Part shown: positions 12,982-27,900 of the stretch, in pieces
Numbering within the stretch: position 1 is the stretch's first letter
Layout of the letters: the number at the start of each line of letters is the position of its first letter
From: Nageia nagi
Taxonomy: Eukaryota; Plantae; Pinophyta
Length of the DNA: 64,000 nucleotides
Assembly: GCA_050084985.1 (NCBI GenBank)
Contig: JBITNC010000001.1
Coordinates: forward strand, 67,890,001 to 67,954,000
Reading direction: 5' to 3'
Program-made: the position numbers and the translations under genes
Notes under the pieces: model-generated
The model's database searches: none
Told to the model about the DNA's origin: nothing
What the model saw: only the letters and a program-made list of their open reading frames with translations

Positions 12982-15900
12982 CTGAAAATAGAAAACACAT
13001 CAGAACTACTATTCTGAAACAGAAAAGAAATTTAATAGGGAATACTATGTTCAGCAATCGATTCTGTAAAAACTAAGATTTAACCCAAAAAAAAATGTTT
13101 GTTATGAGGCTAGTCATTATACATGCAAACCAACTACAGTTACCTATGGTAACCATGATTTCTACTTTGAAGGGAAAAAAATATGAGGCTAAAATTGTAT
13201 ACACATAGCCACAAAAATTGCATCCAAGTAGTTTTCTAATGTAATATCGCCTGCTAAACTTCATTATGATAATATGTTATCACCATACTGTGAATGTCAC
13301 ACTTAGTATCAATATACATTTTCAACCCTTGTGTTGAGAAGAGGACCCTTTGATGTTTTGGCATTTCTTAGCAGATGTTTCTTGTTTTCATGTTTACCAG
13401 TAGTTAGGATTGAAGTACCCCAAGATGCATCCAAACTTTTCAGCATGCACTCCATGTTAACCACAGGTCCACAAAGATGCAAAAGCCCAATTTCGAACTA
13501 TAGACCATATTTTGGACCATCAAGGATTTCAATGTTTTTTTGGAGGTTCATCGTTAGATCATACGAGAATCTCTAATTTAAATTTCGTCGTTTTGAGATG
13601 TTTTGACCAAGTTAATATGATTTAGAGATGTTCATAAAATTCCCCTACAAAAAACATATCACCAAATTCTTGTATCTGTTACATTTTTGTAACGCTCAAC
13701 TTCATTTTCGAAATTGTGTTATCAATCTTCTCACCTCAGGATAGATCAAAATTTATAAAGTTAGTGAGAAATAAAAAGGAGTTTCTTTTTTAAACAAAAT
13801 CTAGAAATTTTACACCTCAAAATAGCAATCAAACCTTGGTCAAAGGAGAGACACATATTTGACTTCAGAACTTTTGGATGTAGATTTATTTAATACCTCA
13901 AAAGCGCAATCAAATCTTGGTCAAAGGAGAAACACAAATTTCAAATTTGTTTTTTGCCCTTTTCGTTGCAGACAATCAGAGGCCGTAACTTTCCATTCAA
14001 TTTTGACGCCAATGTTTCCATGTGTATGTTTTCAATCTCTAAACATGATTTGTTTTGGGTTGTTGTACTTCCATCAACCTCGTCTCAGATGATCTTTTGA
14101 GAACTAATGAGAAGCTTCATGGATGTTGTAATCATCCCACTTGAGAACTAATGAGAAGCTTCATGGATGTTGTAATCATCCCGCTTGGAAGCGTCAAATG
14201 AAAGATCTGATATCGTGTGGATATCAAATATACATTGATGGAGACAAACCGTACCACAATTTGCTAAACTTGAAAGCACTTATGGTGGTCTGTTCCAACT
14301 TTAAGGTTGATAATAATTCTACTAACAAATGAAAGATATTTGGAATGCATTTAGAGTTTTGGCAATTGACTTCAAATAATACCAGTGATTACAGCTATCT
14401 TTATGATCATATTGTGAGTTTTGAAATGACTCAATCTACTATTGAATTTTGATGTTTTAATTTAGAATATACTAATGTTTAAAGTTTTCTTTAATTTTAA
14501 TATTTTATATTTAATTTAATTTTAATTTTTTAATATATATAATTATAAATTTCTTATAATTATTTTTATTATATTATAGCCCGGACCAGCGTAGACTGAC
14601 AAGTGACAGATAAGTATTGACAGAATTAGAAGCCGTATCTGCAATATGGGAATATGCACATGCCAGTATTTCGCGATAATATAAACCAATATTCCAAAAA
14701 GAAATTGAAGGTTTACTAAATCAGTACTGTTTTCACGTAATCACGGGGACATGCAAGATCAATTTGAATGTGAAACTAAAGAGAAATTTGAGCACATGAA
14801 TATTGAATATGCTTACCTCCACGGCATATGGTCAACAAACATGGACGGAGAAACCACAATGTCCTTGAAACTTTCCCTACATCTCAGAATTGCTCTGTGA
14901 GAGTGATCTTGACCACGAATCCACTTCCAATTTCTCCATGGAAACCATGTATTTGGCTTGGCTTCTGGAACAATGTGAATCACCAGGCCTGGAACAAACA
15001 TCTCTACAGGCTCTCTTTCTGCAGTATCATATTCTAAATTTGCACCCATAGGTTGGGGTATTGAATTTCCACATATCGTATTCTCTGCAACTATCGATCC
15101 AGAAGAGTGAATGCAAAACTCATTAGCATTAGTTTCTTTGTATGTAGCATCTTCCTGGTTGTTGCCAGGATTCTCTGCATCAGAATTCTGAATTAGAATT
15201 GTACGCTCTTCAAAAGACACATGATCCCTTGATTCATCACCTGCATCCAATGCCGATGTCTCCATATCAGAAATACGTTGCCTTCTATTCCCAGAAGTTA
15301 GGGAATCCTCAATTTCTGAGGCGTCAACAAATACATCCCTATGCTTCCCATCATTTAGGATATCCCCTTCGAATGATGCATGTAATTTACATTTAATATG
15401 ATTTCTCACAGGATGAGTAGAACTATATTTTGGCATGTTTGCAACGCATGAAGTTGCACAATAACAAAGGAAAATCCCACCTTTTATTGCGTACTTAATA
15501 TGTTTCTGCCTGCGCTTCTGATTATTATCCCTTGAGATAATGGAGCTGGATTGAGATGCCTGAACACAAACATCTCCACTTTCACCCTGAAGATACTTAT
15601 TTGCATGTAAAAGGCGTCTTGTGAGTTTAGATATCATAGCAGAGTCTGCGGAAGAATCTGCTGCAAGCGCTGCAAGTGCTGCAGCTCGCAACCGAAGGAT
15701 TGAATTTACTGAAAGCCTCGCCGAAAATTCATCATTGTAAATGATACTGCATGTAAAATGCAGTAAGTAGTGTGCAGATTTGTGATACAGATACTTTTTG
15801 GAGCATCAGAATCCAATAAAATGCAATGTAGACCAATGAATTACGAAATGGAAAGAATGAACAATGTGATATGCAGCTTCAGATTTTTCATTGAGTGTGT

Positions 15901-18900
15901 ATCCAATTAAGCTTAGCAATTAATTTCATTTACATTATATTGACCTCTGAATTACAAAACTACGACAAAATTATTATTTCTTTCTCCACATAACAAGATG
16001 CATATTCTTTTCTTGATTATTTTTCAAGTTTCCATTGCTGAAGAACTGCATCTCTTGCAGAAATCATCTTAACAGCATTGAACTATGCATATAACCCACC
16101 CTATAAGATTTGGCAAAAGAACCCTATAAGATTTGGCAAAAGAGAGACATTTTACCTTGTCACAAATCCAGAGCATGCATCAGCCACAACTGCATCCACA
16201 CAGGGAAGGACACCATATGAATATGCATGCAAGCTTGGGTACCGTTTATACAACTGCGAAACATGAAGTCAAGATATAATGAATAAATTTATAACTTACA
16301 CAGCTGCAGATCATGAATTCAAGATATAATAAATAAATTTATAGTCTATACAAGTACAGCTCATTTAGACAAAATGCATAATCTACACTTTTCTACATTA
16401 AAAAGAACTACATTTACCTGTTTTAGCTAAAGTGAAGATGGATACATACCAAACATAGTAATTCAAGAATTTACAGGTGGCTCATGCTTTTAAAACAAAT
16501 AAATGGTGGTGAAGCCAAGAAGGTTCAACCATGGACCTGGCTTCTTGTCAAGAGGGCCTAAGGCCTGTGGAAAATGCTTTCACAGGCTCTGTTAAGAATT
16601 GTTCCAGAAGACCTTGAACTATAGCATCCTTTATGGCAACACGGGGTTTCCACCAAAATTGTCAAAACAGGAAGGCAAAAGCTTTGGGTAAACTCCATGC
16701 CACTATGATTGAAAGTCTGTATATAAATAGGTATTGATAGATCATATGACAATGCAAGCACTGTTATCTGCTTACACAAGGTAACGAGAACATTAGCCCC
16801 AAGGCATATGGGACAGAAAAAAGTAGGGGAGTTGACCACCAACAAAGTGATGCAGCTACACGCTACTGATAATCTGTTCAAAGATGCCCACCAAAAAGGA
16901 AGTTATGAAATACCCTTGAATTCAATATTACAATTGTAACCATTTGTACAATGGCAATAGATTTTGTGGGTCCAACTGCTAAATATGACACTAGGTTTGT
17001 CATTATACGGAGAGAAGTACCGAACTATATGGGTTAAGACGACAACCAAAAACTGAAATGCAGTCATAACCAGAAAGGTTTTTTAGAACATCAGTACAAG
17101 ATTTCAGTGCCCTATCATAATCAAGTATCATAGAAGAATCCACTATCATCCCTAAGTTCAAGCTTTCAATCAAATTTTAAAAATCGCACTGAATAAGGTC
17201 TAGAATGCTGAGAGAACAGATTGTTGTGAAAGGATCCGCATAGCTTTTATGGGTATATTAAATAGCACCTAAATAAGAAAACTAAATTTCAGTTACTGGG
17301 TGGCTTTGGTGCTATAAATCCAGTTGAATATGTGTTCCGACATCTAAAAATGTTGCTACCAGGACGAGTGACGATGAGACTTTGGGGTCAAGTATCTTCA
17401 ATTTGGATCAGTTGCAAAAACATATTTCCAATGTCCTGCAATCAGTTGTGCAGTAAATAAGGTGACTGATAGCAAGCACAAGGGAAACCATGGAAGATCA
17501 AAATCAAATGGATATACCGTATTGACAGACATGTCACAAATAAGATGAAAAATTTGGATGATCAATTTGGACTTTGTGAGTTCAACAACAGTGAATGTTG
17601 ATAAAGCGACATAAGTTACTTTTGCAAGCCCTGGTCCTTTTAAGTTCTAGAAATTAGTACATCACATTAGTGAGACGATAAAGCGAAATAACAAAGTAAA
17701 AGGTCCCACTAACGGGTTATCTTCTACAGGATGCTTGTAAGGGAGTTGTAAGTACCCCAAAAAAAACTATATCCCCGGAGAAGAAATGACGATAGAAAAC
17801 ACACATTTTTAAAAAGAGATAGAGAACACTTCAGAAACAAACAAATAAATACATTGGAGTAATGTGTTTTCATTTTAAACAGAATATGGTATAAAGATGA
17901 AAGACACATGCATTTCATGTCTAAATGCTAGGTTGAAAAATATTCAATCCACTAAACATATTTCAGTTAAAAAGATTAGTCATTTAGAAAAATCTAGAAA
18001 GTTAGGATTCAAAAAGCCTAAAAAATGACCCACGGTTACCACAGTGATCAAACCTGACATTACTGTTGAGCATATTGTATTGCTATATGACTAGTATTAT
18101 ACACACATACATATATGGAAAGATAGATGGATGTAAGGGTAAAATTCCTGTCTAAATCTGTAAGAAACACTGGAAAGAATATATATAAAACAAGGGTTCA
18201 ATTTTATGCTCCATCCCACAGGATTTCTGTATGAGCTACATGTAATACAGCATAAGGCACTCATCAAGAGTAAACATGAGCATTTTTTTATTAATTTAAT
18301 ATCCAACAACTACATTTCCCAAGAAGAACGGAATTATACTTCTCTTAATCCATTAATAGGCAAATTCTGTTATAAAAAGACTTTTATACGGTAGCAGCAT
18401 TACAACAACATTTTCAGCATATATAATTGTCATCCAACTTATCAGCTATAAATTATACCAGAGTGATCACATCTACGAGACAAAGAAAAATCAACAACAG
18501 TGTGTACCATTATCCCTGCTAAAGCACCTATTGCACCTCCCAAAGAATGTCCAACAAACCGCAATGCATACCCTTGACACTCTCCACCAGGTCCTAACAA
18601 TGATGAAAGGAATCCTGTTTTCTGATGATGAGAAACATCTTGAGAACCTGCTATATTTCAAACGAATGAGCCGCATTGAAAATGAAATTTGTAAGATACA
18701 AAATATAGTGTAAATGACCTCACTGTAGAAGTGTAAATATTTTTTAAGTTTCATAGACCACCTGTGTACAGAAATGAAATCTTAGAATCATTATATCTCC
18801 ATGAACCCCCTCCTCGGATTAATTAGTTCAATACAGACATTCTTCATTTATAAAATGACAAATTTCCACTAATGCTAACCTCTTTCTCATAGAAAATGCG

Positions 18901-21900
18901 TTTATTTCATACACAGACCAATAGTAACAAGAATTAATAGACTAGCTTGAAAAGTCAATCTTCAACACTCTAGCCAAAGCCCTACACTGAAAGAGAAGTG
19001 AGTGTAACGAAACATTTAGATTTACAAGATACAGTGAGTCCCCTACCTCCAGGGACATCACAACTCCCACAGGTTTGATCTAAAGACATCTGATATCCGT
19101 CTTCTGAATTTCCATCTAATTGCATACAGAGATCTCTAGCCGCTTCGACTATTCCCGAATGCCCAAAGTGAGGGAATGATAAGGCAACACGTTCCTTTAC
19201 ATTTTCTTCCAAGGCATTGCTCCTACAAAACCATGACATGGGAATTGTCAAGTGCTTACCAAGCCTGAAAATATGAGAAATATAGTCCAGAAAGTATATA
19301 CAGATTCAAAATGTAAATGAATATACATATTTAATACATAACATCAATCCTTCTCTCAAAGATCAATTGCTTTCACATATCAGTTTTACATAAATAATAA
19401 TTAGAAAGCAGGACGAACTGAAATGAACATTCGCTCTCCAAATAGCACACAGTAGTTTTCCATTGTCTAATTTGTATCTGTCATGGAACTTCAATATCAA
19501 AAGTCTATTTATTTTCTATTATGAAAAATTCACTTGTCCATCAATAATTATGCCGAAGGTGTTTCCTTACCAAAGAAGGGGCTTGGATATTCATTGCAGT
19601 ATTTAAGTCAGACTCCCACGTTCATTTGCTGGTTGCCCACGACATGTTTACGCCGAAGGTGTTTCTTCACTGATAGGAGCCTTCACATTTTAATCCCACG
19701 GCTAATATTGCATTTGCAGGGGGTGGTTGATACTGGTTACATGTGGGAGTGCATCGGGGCCGTCTATGGCATTTTTCCAACTGGTATTAGGACTGGCTTG
19801 AATGTAATACCTAAGTCAAATTACACGCTGTTGTTTTCTGATTGTCAACGCCAAATAGCTGTTATGCATTGAGGACACCTTGAAGATATTAAAGACTTCA
19901 ATTATGTTTATCTATGGAAGCTGACACATCAGGCATGCACACATACAGGTGTTTTTGGATATTCGCAGCATTCGAATGTTGTAGGCATTCCTTGTTGGTT
20001 GCATCTCAGTATATGAGAATGAAACTGTTGAGAATGTTCTTACCTATTGTCGTTGAGCTATTGTCCTTCAGCTTTTGTGGGTATTCGTAGGAAGTAGAGG
20101 AAGAAAGTTAGTTTCAGGGCAGTGCTTACTTCAAGATTGCAAAAACAGCTTACGGTGGTGAGCAAAGTAAGGCCTGAGACTCTATTGCATGCCTTCACGA
20201 ATAATTTTCTTAATGAATTCAGCATTGGATGTTCTTTAGGTATGTGAACATCTGAAGTATGCAGATCATGACAAACCACACAAGAATTCATCTTGAATTC
20301 AAATAGTTTGCAATAATTGTCTATTTCAAGTTCAACCAACTGTGGACACTCTGCTCTTAATTATTCCACGCAACAGCAGTACACTATTTTCAACGAGTCG
20401 AGATTGGTAGGCTCAATTTTCAAATTAATTAATTCTCAAGTCTTTGGAAGAACCAATTTATGATGAAGTAGACATAATCCTATGACCTGTTTTGAGTCCG
20501 AAATTCTTTTGACAATATGCATGATGCAAACACAGTTTCATCGATTGCAATGATCCCAGGAGTTTTCTGAAAACGCTCTACACACTTTTAAACACATGCA
20601 ATTGATGCACACAGAGTTTCATGCTGAAAACATTTCATTTTTATACTATGAGTACTTGCTATGAAGGTAAAATATGATTATTGGAACAGAGAGTTACAAA
20701 CTATACCAATCACCCACAGACTCCATAACAGGAAAATAATATGTTAGAAGACATGGAACATTAAGAGGATATGCAGAGAATGGGTTTTCTGAAAAGGTTC
20801 TGCAAACTGTTAAGCAGATGCAATTGTCATGTGTAAAGCGAAATTCTCAAGCCTCTGTGAATATTCTTCCACCATGTGCCATTGTGGAGTTGTACTTGGC
20901 CATCCACGGTAGTTGGAGAAAGCTTTCAATTTCATAATGGAGGATGACCATTAAACCTGAATCGCTTTTGTGGATGTGTGTGGTTGGTGTTTGTGGATCA
21001 CATAAGAACGTAGGAATAGGAGAATTTGTGGCAACAATACTTTTTTTTTGGAGCCTGAATATGCTAAATTTTATGTTATGTCCATCAAACAATAGATGGA
21101 AATGGCTTTTGATGGAATGTTGTGGTTGTCAACGATTAATCACAAGTGTCGAGTCAGGTGACTCAAAACGAGTAATCACAACCCAACTCAGTGAGTTTTT
21201 TCCATTTTGCAATTTTTGACGAGTTTTAAAGCAAATTCTCACATTTTGGAAAACCATTTATTTGGGGTCAAAAAAATTTTCTTCATGTTTCCAAGTCAAA
21301 AGCCAAACGAGTTCATCTGATAACTATGATCGAGACAGGTTAGTCTTGTTCAGAAAGGTTTTGCAGCTAGCATTGGATATTCAACTCGTGTGATCTAAGA
21401 TCGTTATAGTTATCCTAATGAAGATAAGTGCTTTAGAAACATCTCTTACAGCATGCTTGAAAATTCTATGGATACCCTCGAACTAGTCAATTGGCCAGCA
21501 TAACATATATAGAAATGGTAGCAATGTGTAAAAACAGGATACTCCAGGACTGTAAATTATATGTTCAAAGAAACACTCACAATTACAATTATCCATTATA
21601 ATGCTCAACGATACAAAAGCAATAAAATCCCCTTACTTGACCAGTCCATACAAGTCTGATTCTGAAAGCATGCATTCCCTACAAAGGCCATCTGTCAAAA
21701 GATCTTCAGGAGTTTCAGTTCCTCGAACAGAAATGATAACACATCGCAAGTGGTGTGCAACCACAACAAAATATGCAGCTTCTCGTCTTGCCTGAAAAAA
21801 TTACAATCTATAAAGTATTAAGGAGAAATATTCAATATGCACTACATGCCAACTTTGAAGAGTAATATTAAAAAGCATAAAACAGCTAAACAAGTTAACA

Positions 21901-24900
21901 AACTATGATGCAAATGCAATAAATTCCTTATACTACCAAGCAAAAAATACCATTTATCCTGAAGATAATTTAAAACATCAAAAAAAGGAAAAAGATTATC
22001 CTACAGATATCAGACGCTCTGCAAATTTCTTGTAAACGCACAAACTTAAAGGGTTATGATATAAAAAAAAACAGCACAAGATAGAATGAAGATTTCAATA
22101 TTGCAATTGATGTTAACTATTAATTCTCGCACAGTGGCCACATCTAAAAGTAATCCCTGATAAAAGTAAAGTAGCCAAACGTATAAGAAGGAATTAAATA
22201 TTTCATGATTTCAGGGAAAACATTAAAAACACCTCATTCTTGTCAGATCGTTTCAAACCCAATGTTTTGTGCCTTCTGAAATTAGCAAAATGGAGAATGC
22301 CACCAGAAGGTTGTTACAAGCTAAACTTCTAAGTAGTAAGGAATACAAGAAGAGTTCCAGTAGAGGCAGAGAAGGACTAATTTGAAACTCGAAAGCAAGA
22401 TATGACAATTACAAATTTACATATGTCATTCAACATACCACATAGAACTTATAAGGAGGAGGTAGTTAAAGTGTTAATTCAAGAAATCAAAATGGCAATG
22501 CAACAGAACCTTCAACACTTACTCGTCAAAAGAGACTCTGAGATCATAATAAATGATTTAGGGCACTAGATCCAGATCCTAGATATTAAATGTGCCTACT
22601 GGGATGGTAACGAACCTGCTAACATCCTAGCCAAACACGCCTCAGAATTCCAAACAGATAGGCAACCCCAGTTCCCTTACATCACACATATTGGCAAGAA
22701 CTTGGAGAAACTCTTCGTATGGACTCCATTGCACCCATGGAATGGGATACATGTTTAGAGAGAAAAAGGGAAAAACATAAAACTGTTTTTGACAAGATCA
22801 TAATAGTTTCAAGTCTTGCCTACCAAGAAATTATAATAATTTCAAGTCTTCAATAGTGACTATGATCACCAGTATCTTTTGTAAGGTTCGTCTTCTCATA
22901 CTAACATTTCAGTAGAGATTAAAATCACAAATATCTTTTGGAAGGTTGTTCTTCTGAAGAATAGCAGGTGGGATTCAAGCATGATTTTCAGACAACTATC
23001 ACATCTTTAATTGTTAAGCAATAATTGCAGAAGCCCAACAAAGATATACTAAAGTTAGTAAGATCTTTTTGTCCAAATATCTTAACCCCAAAATGAACTT
23101 TCATGTTGATCATTACCAACAGATTGAGAATGGTATCATCGCTCTTCTGGACTATGTATAGCACTATTGACCCAACAACCTCAAGATCCTTCCGGATAGG
23201 TCAGTACTTGCTCGCACACATTGTGAGTTGAGACAACCCACAATATCCCCAAGGACAATAGGATATACCACGTCTTCTCCCTTTAGGAGTTATTGACTGA
23301 AGAACATCTCATGTTCAGGACACCTTTCATATCTAACCAAGCTTTCTTAAAGCACAAGAATAATCGCCTTATTTCCTCCTGCATCTATACCATGGGAAAG
23401 CCTAAAAGTCCACATGATGATGAACAATCAAACGAGCTTATAAGGACATAATACAAGGCAAGCACAACTGTTCTACAGACTAAGCAGCCATTGCAGAAAA
23501 AAATTAACGAATTCCTATCTTTCTCCAAAGGAATTTTTGATATATGATGGTAAAGCTTGAGTATCTGTTCCCTGGGTTGTCACAGTCCTAGCCAATCTAT
23601 TCTTAGTGTCATCAGATCAGTGTAACTTTCCTACCACCCAACATTCAAGCATTAAGTAGACTCATTGCTACTTTCAAGGACAAGTCTTGTTGCATATTAT
23701 TTTAATACATTTCATGTTTCTACTAAGTTGTCATAGATCTATCTCTTTATTAGTTTAGTAGCCCCTTTGGGCTTCAGCAATTCCTTGTATAATCTCTTCG
23801 GTCTTTTTGACCTATTTTGGTCAGTAATTCAACATTATTAAAAAACAATAATATTTCCCTTCTAATTCATCTATCTCTGTGTTAAAACTTAAAAGTATAA
23901 CTCAAAGAAGCTCCAATAATTATAAAGCCACGTCTTCATTTTGTTGCTTAATAAAACACAATGTTTACTTTTGTATCATCTTTGAACACTATTAAATAGA
24001 AAAAAAATTCATCCAAAATATAGCAAAGGAGAGAATCATAGTTTGAAATATATAGTATTACTCACTTGATGAACACGTCCTTTACGCAAGGCACTGGGGG
24101 AAGATTTAAATATTTTAGAAAAGCTGCTGCATGGCCCCGCCACCAATTATCACCCTCTAGTACAGGTCGCCTACAAATATAGAAAATCAAGAATCGTAAG
24201 TAAACGATGAGAAGATAAACTGCTTGTCAAGAAACCATACATGCAATCAAAACCTTGCAACCTAATGTGCTGGTGTGGTTCCATAAGACACTGACCAGAA
24301 CTGTAATGCACTAGTGTTTCTTGCTACAGCTTAAACTAACAGATGCTAGAAGTTTATAAAAATAAACAATACAGGGCATAAAACAAGATAACCTGCTACG
24401 GCTCCAAGGGGTTAAAATACCCTGCCGATATAGCCAAACACATGGAAATAAAATTGGATTTCTTCCAACATCAAGCAAGGGACCCTGCATGAAATAAATT
24501 AGGTAAAAATATTAAATGTGTCATTCCAAATGCGAGATTAAAAGTTTACAGTGATCCTAAAATGGTAAATAATACATTGCCATACCGTATATGCAGCTTC
24601 AGCAAACGGATGTAGGATTACTGCTTCTTGAAGCTTATCTTCAGGTGCCTCAGCAAACTGCTCCAAAGGAGGTAATACAGGCCGTTGTCTCTGCAACAGA
24701 GCAAGACCTGTATAAAAAACACTCCTCACCAAACCTGACCAAAAATTTCATGCAATAACAAGGTCTACTAATAGTGAAAAAAGTAGCATTAGACTAAGAG
24801 CAAACCAACCAAGAAGATTAACACTAAAATTACAAGTTACAACAATGAGTATCCAATATTCATTGATTCCCAGAATCCAATGATGTACCCCACATATTGA

Positions 24901-27900
24901 TCTGAAATGTCAATCTTTAAAAATCTTGATGCAGGTCAAGCGAATAAATTTGAAAGAAATATCAGGCATTACTACTTATATTTGAACGGACTTAAGAAGT
25001 CAACATACAAATTGATTGTGCATGCATTGATATAACCAAACATATATATTGAAAATATTAGCACCTAAAGAGACAAAATTTACAACATTTGTCCCACCGA
25101 TGGATAGATATTTTATTTAAATTGCTAATTCCAACAAAAAAAACCCTAAAGATATTTGATATTTTTTGTGAACAAAGACATATATCAATGATTTGTTGTA
25201 TCCAGCATGGGTATCAACAATATCAAATGGATGTGGGCCTCTCATCGGTAGAGATAGGATGAATGGAGATGATCAACCCTGTGATTAATTTTGGTTCCAC
25301 ATATCTCCTAAGAGGACCAGCATATAGGAATTTCCCAAAGACAAACAACACCTTTGACCAATGAAGCAAACTAAAGTGGCATTGGAAGATGAAATGTTTT
25401 CAGTCTCCATCACTTTAATGGAACGAAGGTTCCATATTCTGAAGAAAAGATGGTCCATCTCAATTCACAACAGGTGGGAACACACACTGAGCTAGTCAGT
25501 AAGCATACATCTAAACAAATGATCATATCATTCTCATTTTGCAGGAGTGATAGGCATAAAAAGCAATTTTGAGGCTAACAGTTTGAAGAGGAGTCCAAGT
25601 GAGTTAGATATACTATTGATAGACATATTCCCTCACTAATCAATTCATCATCCTCTTTTCAGGTAAGAGGTAAGGCAGAGCAATCAAGAGCGCTGAAAAG
25701 ATCTATCGAAAGAACAATGCATTTGAGGAGAAACCTAGCCTCTGCAATCAAATTGACATACACAAAACCTTTTTGGAAGATACAACTTTAGTGTATATGG
25801 TTTGGTAATAGCAACCAATGTTATCAGGCTAGAGGAATGGGACACATGGGGCACATTATGTTTGCATTCTGGTAATATCCTAGTCTACACTATGCATGTA
25901 TAACCAAAATCTCCTCAATTATGATAGATTTCCTAATCTAGTGATATCAAGAATGACTAGTGATTTTTGGATAATTATTATTGCTATCTCTGAAAAGATG
26001 TCATCAGATTGATTGAAATATCCCAAATTAGGAAAATACAGAATTATTGCAAAATTACTCATATCCACTAAATAGAAAATAGAACAAATTGTAGATCTGC
26101 CCGGAAAGATTATTACAGTCCGGAATTACATATTTAATTTAGGAAATTGCAGATCTGCCCGGAAAGATTATTACAGTCCGGAATTACATATTTAATTTAG
26201 GAAATTGCAGATCTGCCCGGAAAGATTATTGCAGTCTGGATTTACAGATTTAATTATTATAGCAATCCAGAAATACAAAAAAATAATGCAATAAGTCAAT
26301 GGGACTGAAGTATACAAAAGAGGTGTAGTACCAATTTGGGGCCAAGATGGTCCCCACTAAAGCTAAAAACAACTAAGAGATACAAAAAAGGGGTTGAAAC
26401 CCTAGAAGTAAGAAGAGAATTCAGAAAGGAGAACTATATCGCCAAGATCGAATAAGAAGAGTCTGTGATAGTCAAACATCTTACCATAGTCAAACTGTTC
26501 TAATCAGTAATGACGTATTGGGCAGTAGAAGCATGGTGATCATGTTTGCCAAAACCTAACCTGTGATTGATGAGGAGATGCTCCATGACCCTGAGGAATA
26601 ATACACCCCTGCTTCAGGCAAGAGAGGGGTATTGTAGAGGTCCTAACAGCAGTGGTTCACATAGGAAGACATGGCTGCACAATCTCTTTTTCATAAAATG
26701 ACCCTAAGGAATAATGCACCCCTGCTTCAGGCAAGAGAGGGGTATTGTAGGTCCTAACAGCAGTGGCTCATGTAGGAAGTCATGGTTGCACAATCTGATT
26801 ATCATAAAACTGAATCGTAGTAGCATTAAAACTATGTCCGGTGCCTCTTAACAATTGAAACAAGAAGGAAGTGATCTATCAAGTTGGGTTCAATCTCTCT
26901 TGCAAGTTGACACCCTGAGAGTGATTACCTCCCAAATATGTAGAACCATGCACTTCTATTCTGGCTAGCAACAAAAGGCAGCCAGTAATCTTTAGAAGCC
27001 TCTGAACATTATACAGAACTTGAAGATGAAGTGCTCTCCGGTGTCTCCATCTTAAATGGAATATAGCTGACAAAATTTTGTCATGACTAGAAATGTGGTG
27101 AATAGTCACAACTCTTGAGCTTCCAAAGTAGGATTCCAAGGCCACAAATCCAATAATATTGAACATGACCAGGATGAGCAAAAATATTATTAAGCCGATT
27201 TAGTTATAAATCAATTGAAGCTTTGACAATAAGGAGTAATAAATAACAATGAGTGGATCAAAATACAATTACAAAGCAATACCAGTTAAAAAGGCTTGCC
27301 TGCACAGTTGATTTCCAAATATGCCTAGTTTGGTTGTGGAAGGATTTCCATATTTGTTTATTCTACTTTTTTAGGTTGAGTACTGTAAATTCAATTTGAA
27401 TTGTATGAATATGAAACTGACAAACTATGGACTTGTGGAAATCAATTTTGTTTGAATCTTACAGAATAGAAATTTGATAATTGGATGGAATGTTATGGAT
27501 AATGAATGTATAATTTTCTAAATTTAAGCTATTTATGAGTGCTTTTCTAGATTTAATCAACTTATGTGTGATTTTCTAAATTTAAGCTATTTATGTATGA
27601 TTTTCTAACTTTTAGCGATTTTTCTGTGAACAGCAAAATGGCCCAGAACAACATATGCATATACAAATATTGCACAAGCATTGGTATTAATATCAGAATT
27701 TAGAATCGTGCAACTTATGGCCATCAACATTCTACTTAATTAATCCCATGTTATTACACTTATTATTAGACTGTCTACAGGACCACAACTATCATAAAGA
27801 GTGCACACTTTTAACACCTTAAACAACTGATGGAGGGCAAAAGCTTAAACCTATGGCCTCTCCACGTTGTAAATGCATTATATTTACAATTTACCACTTA

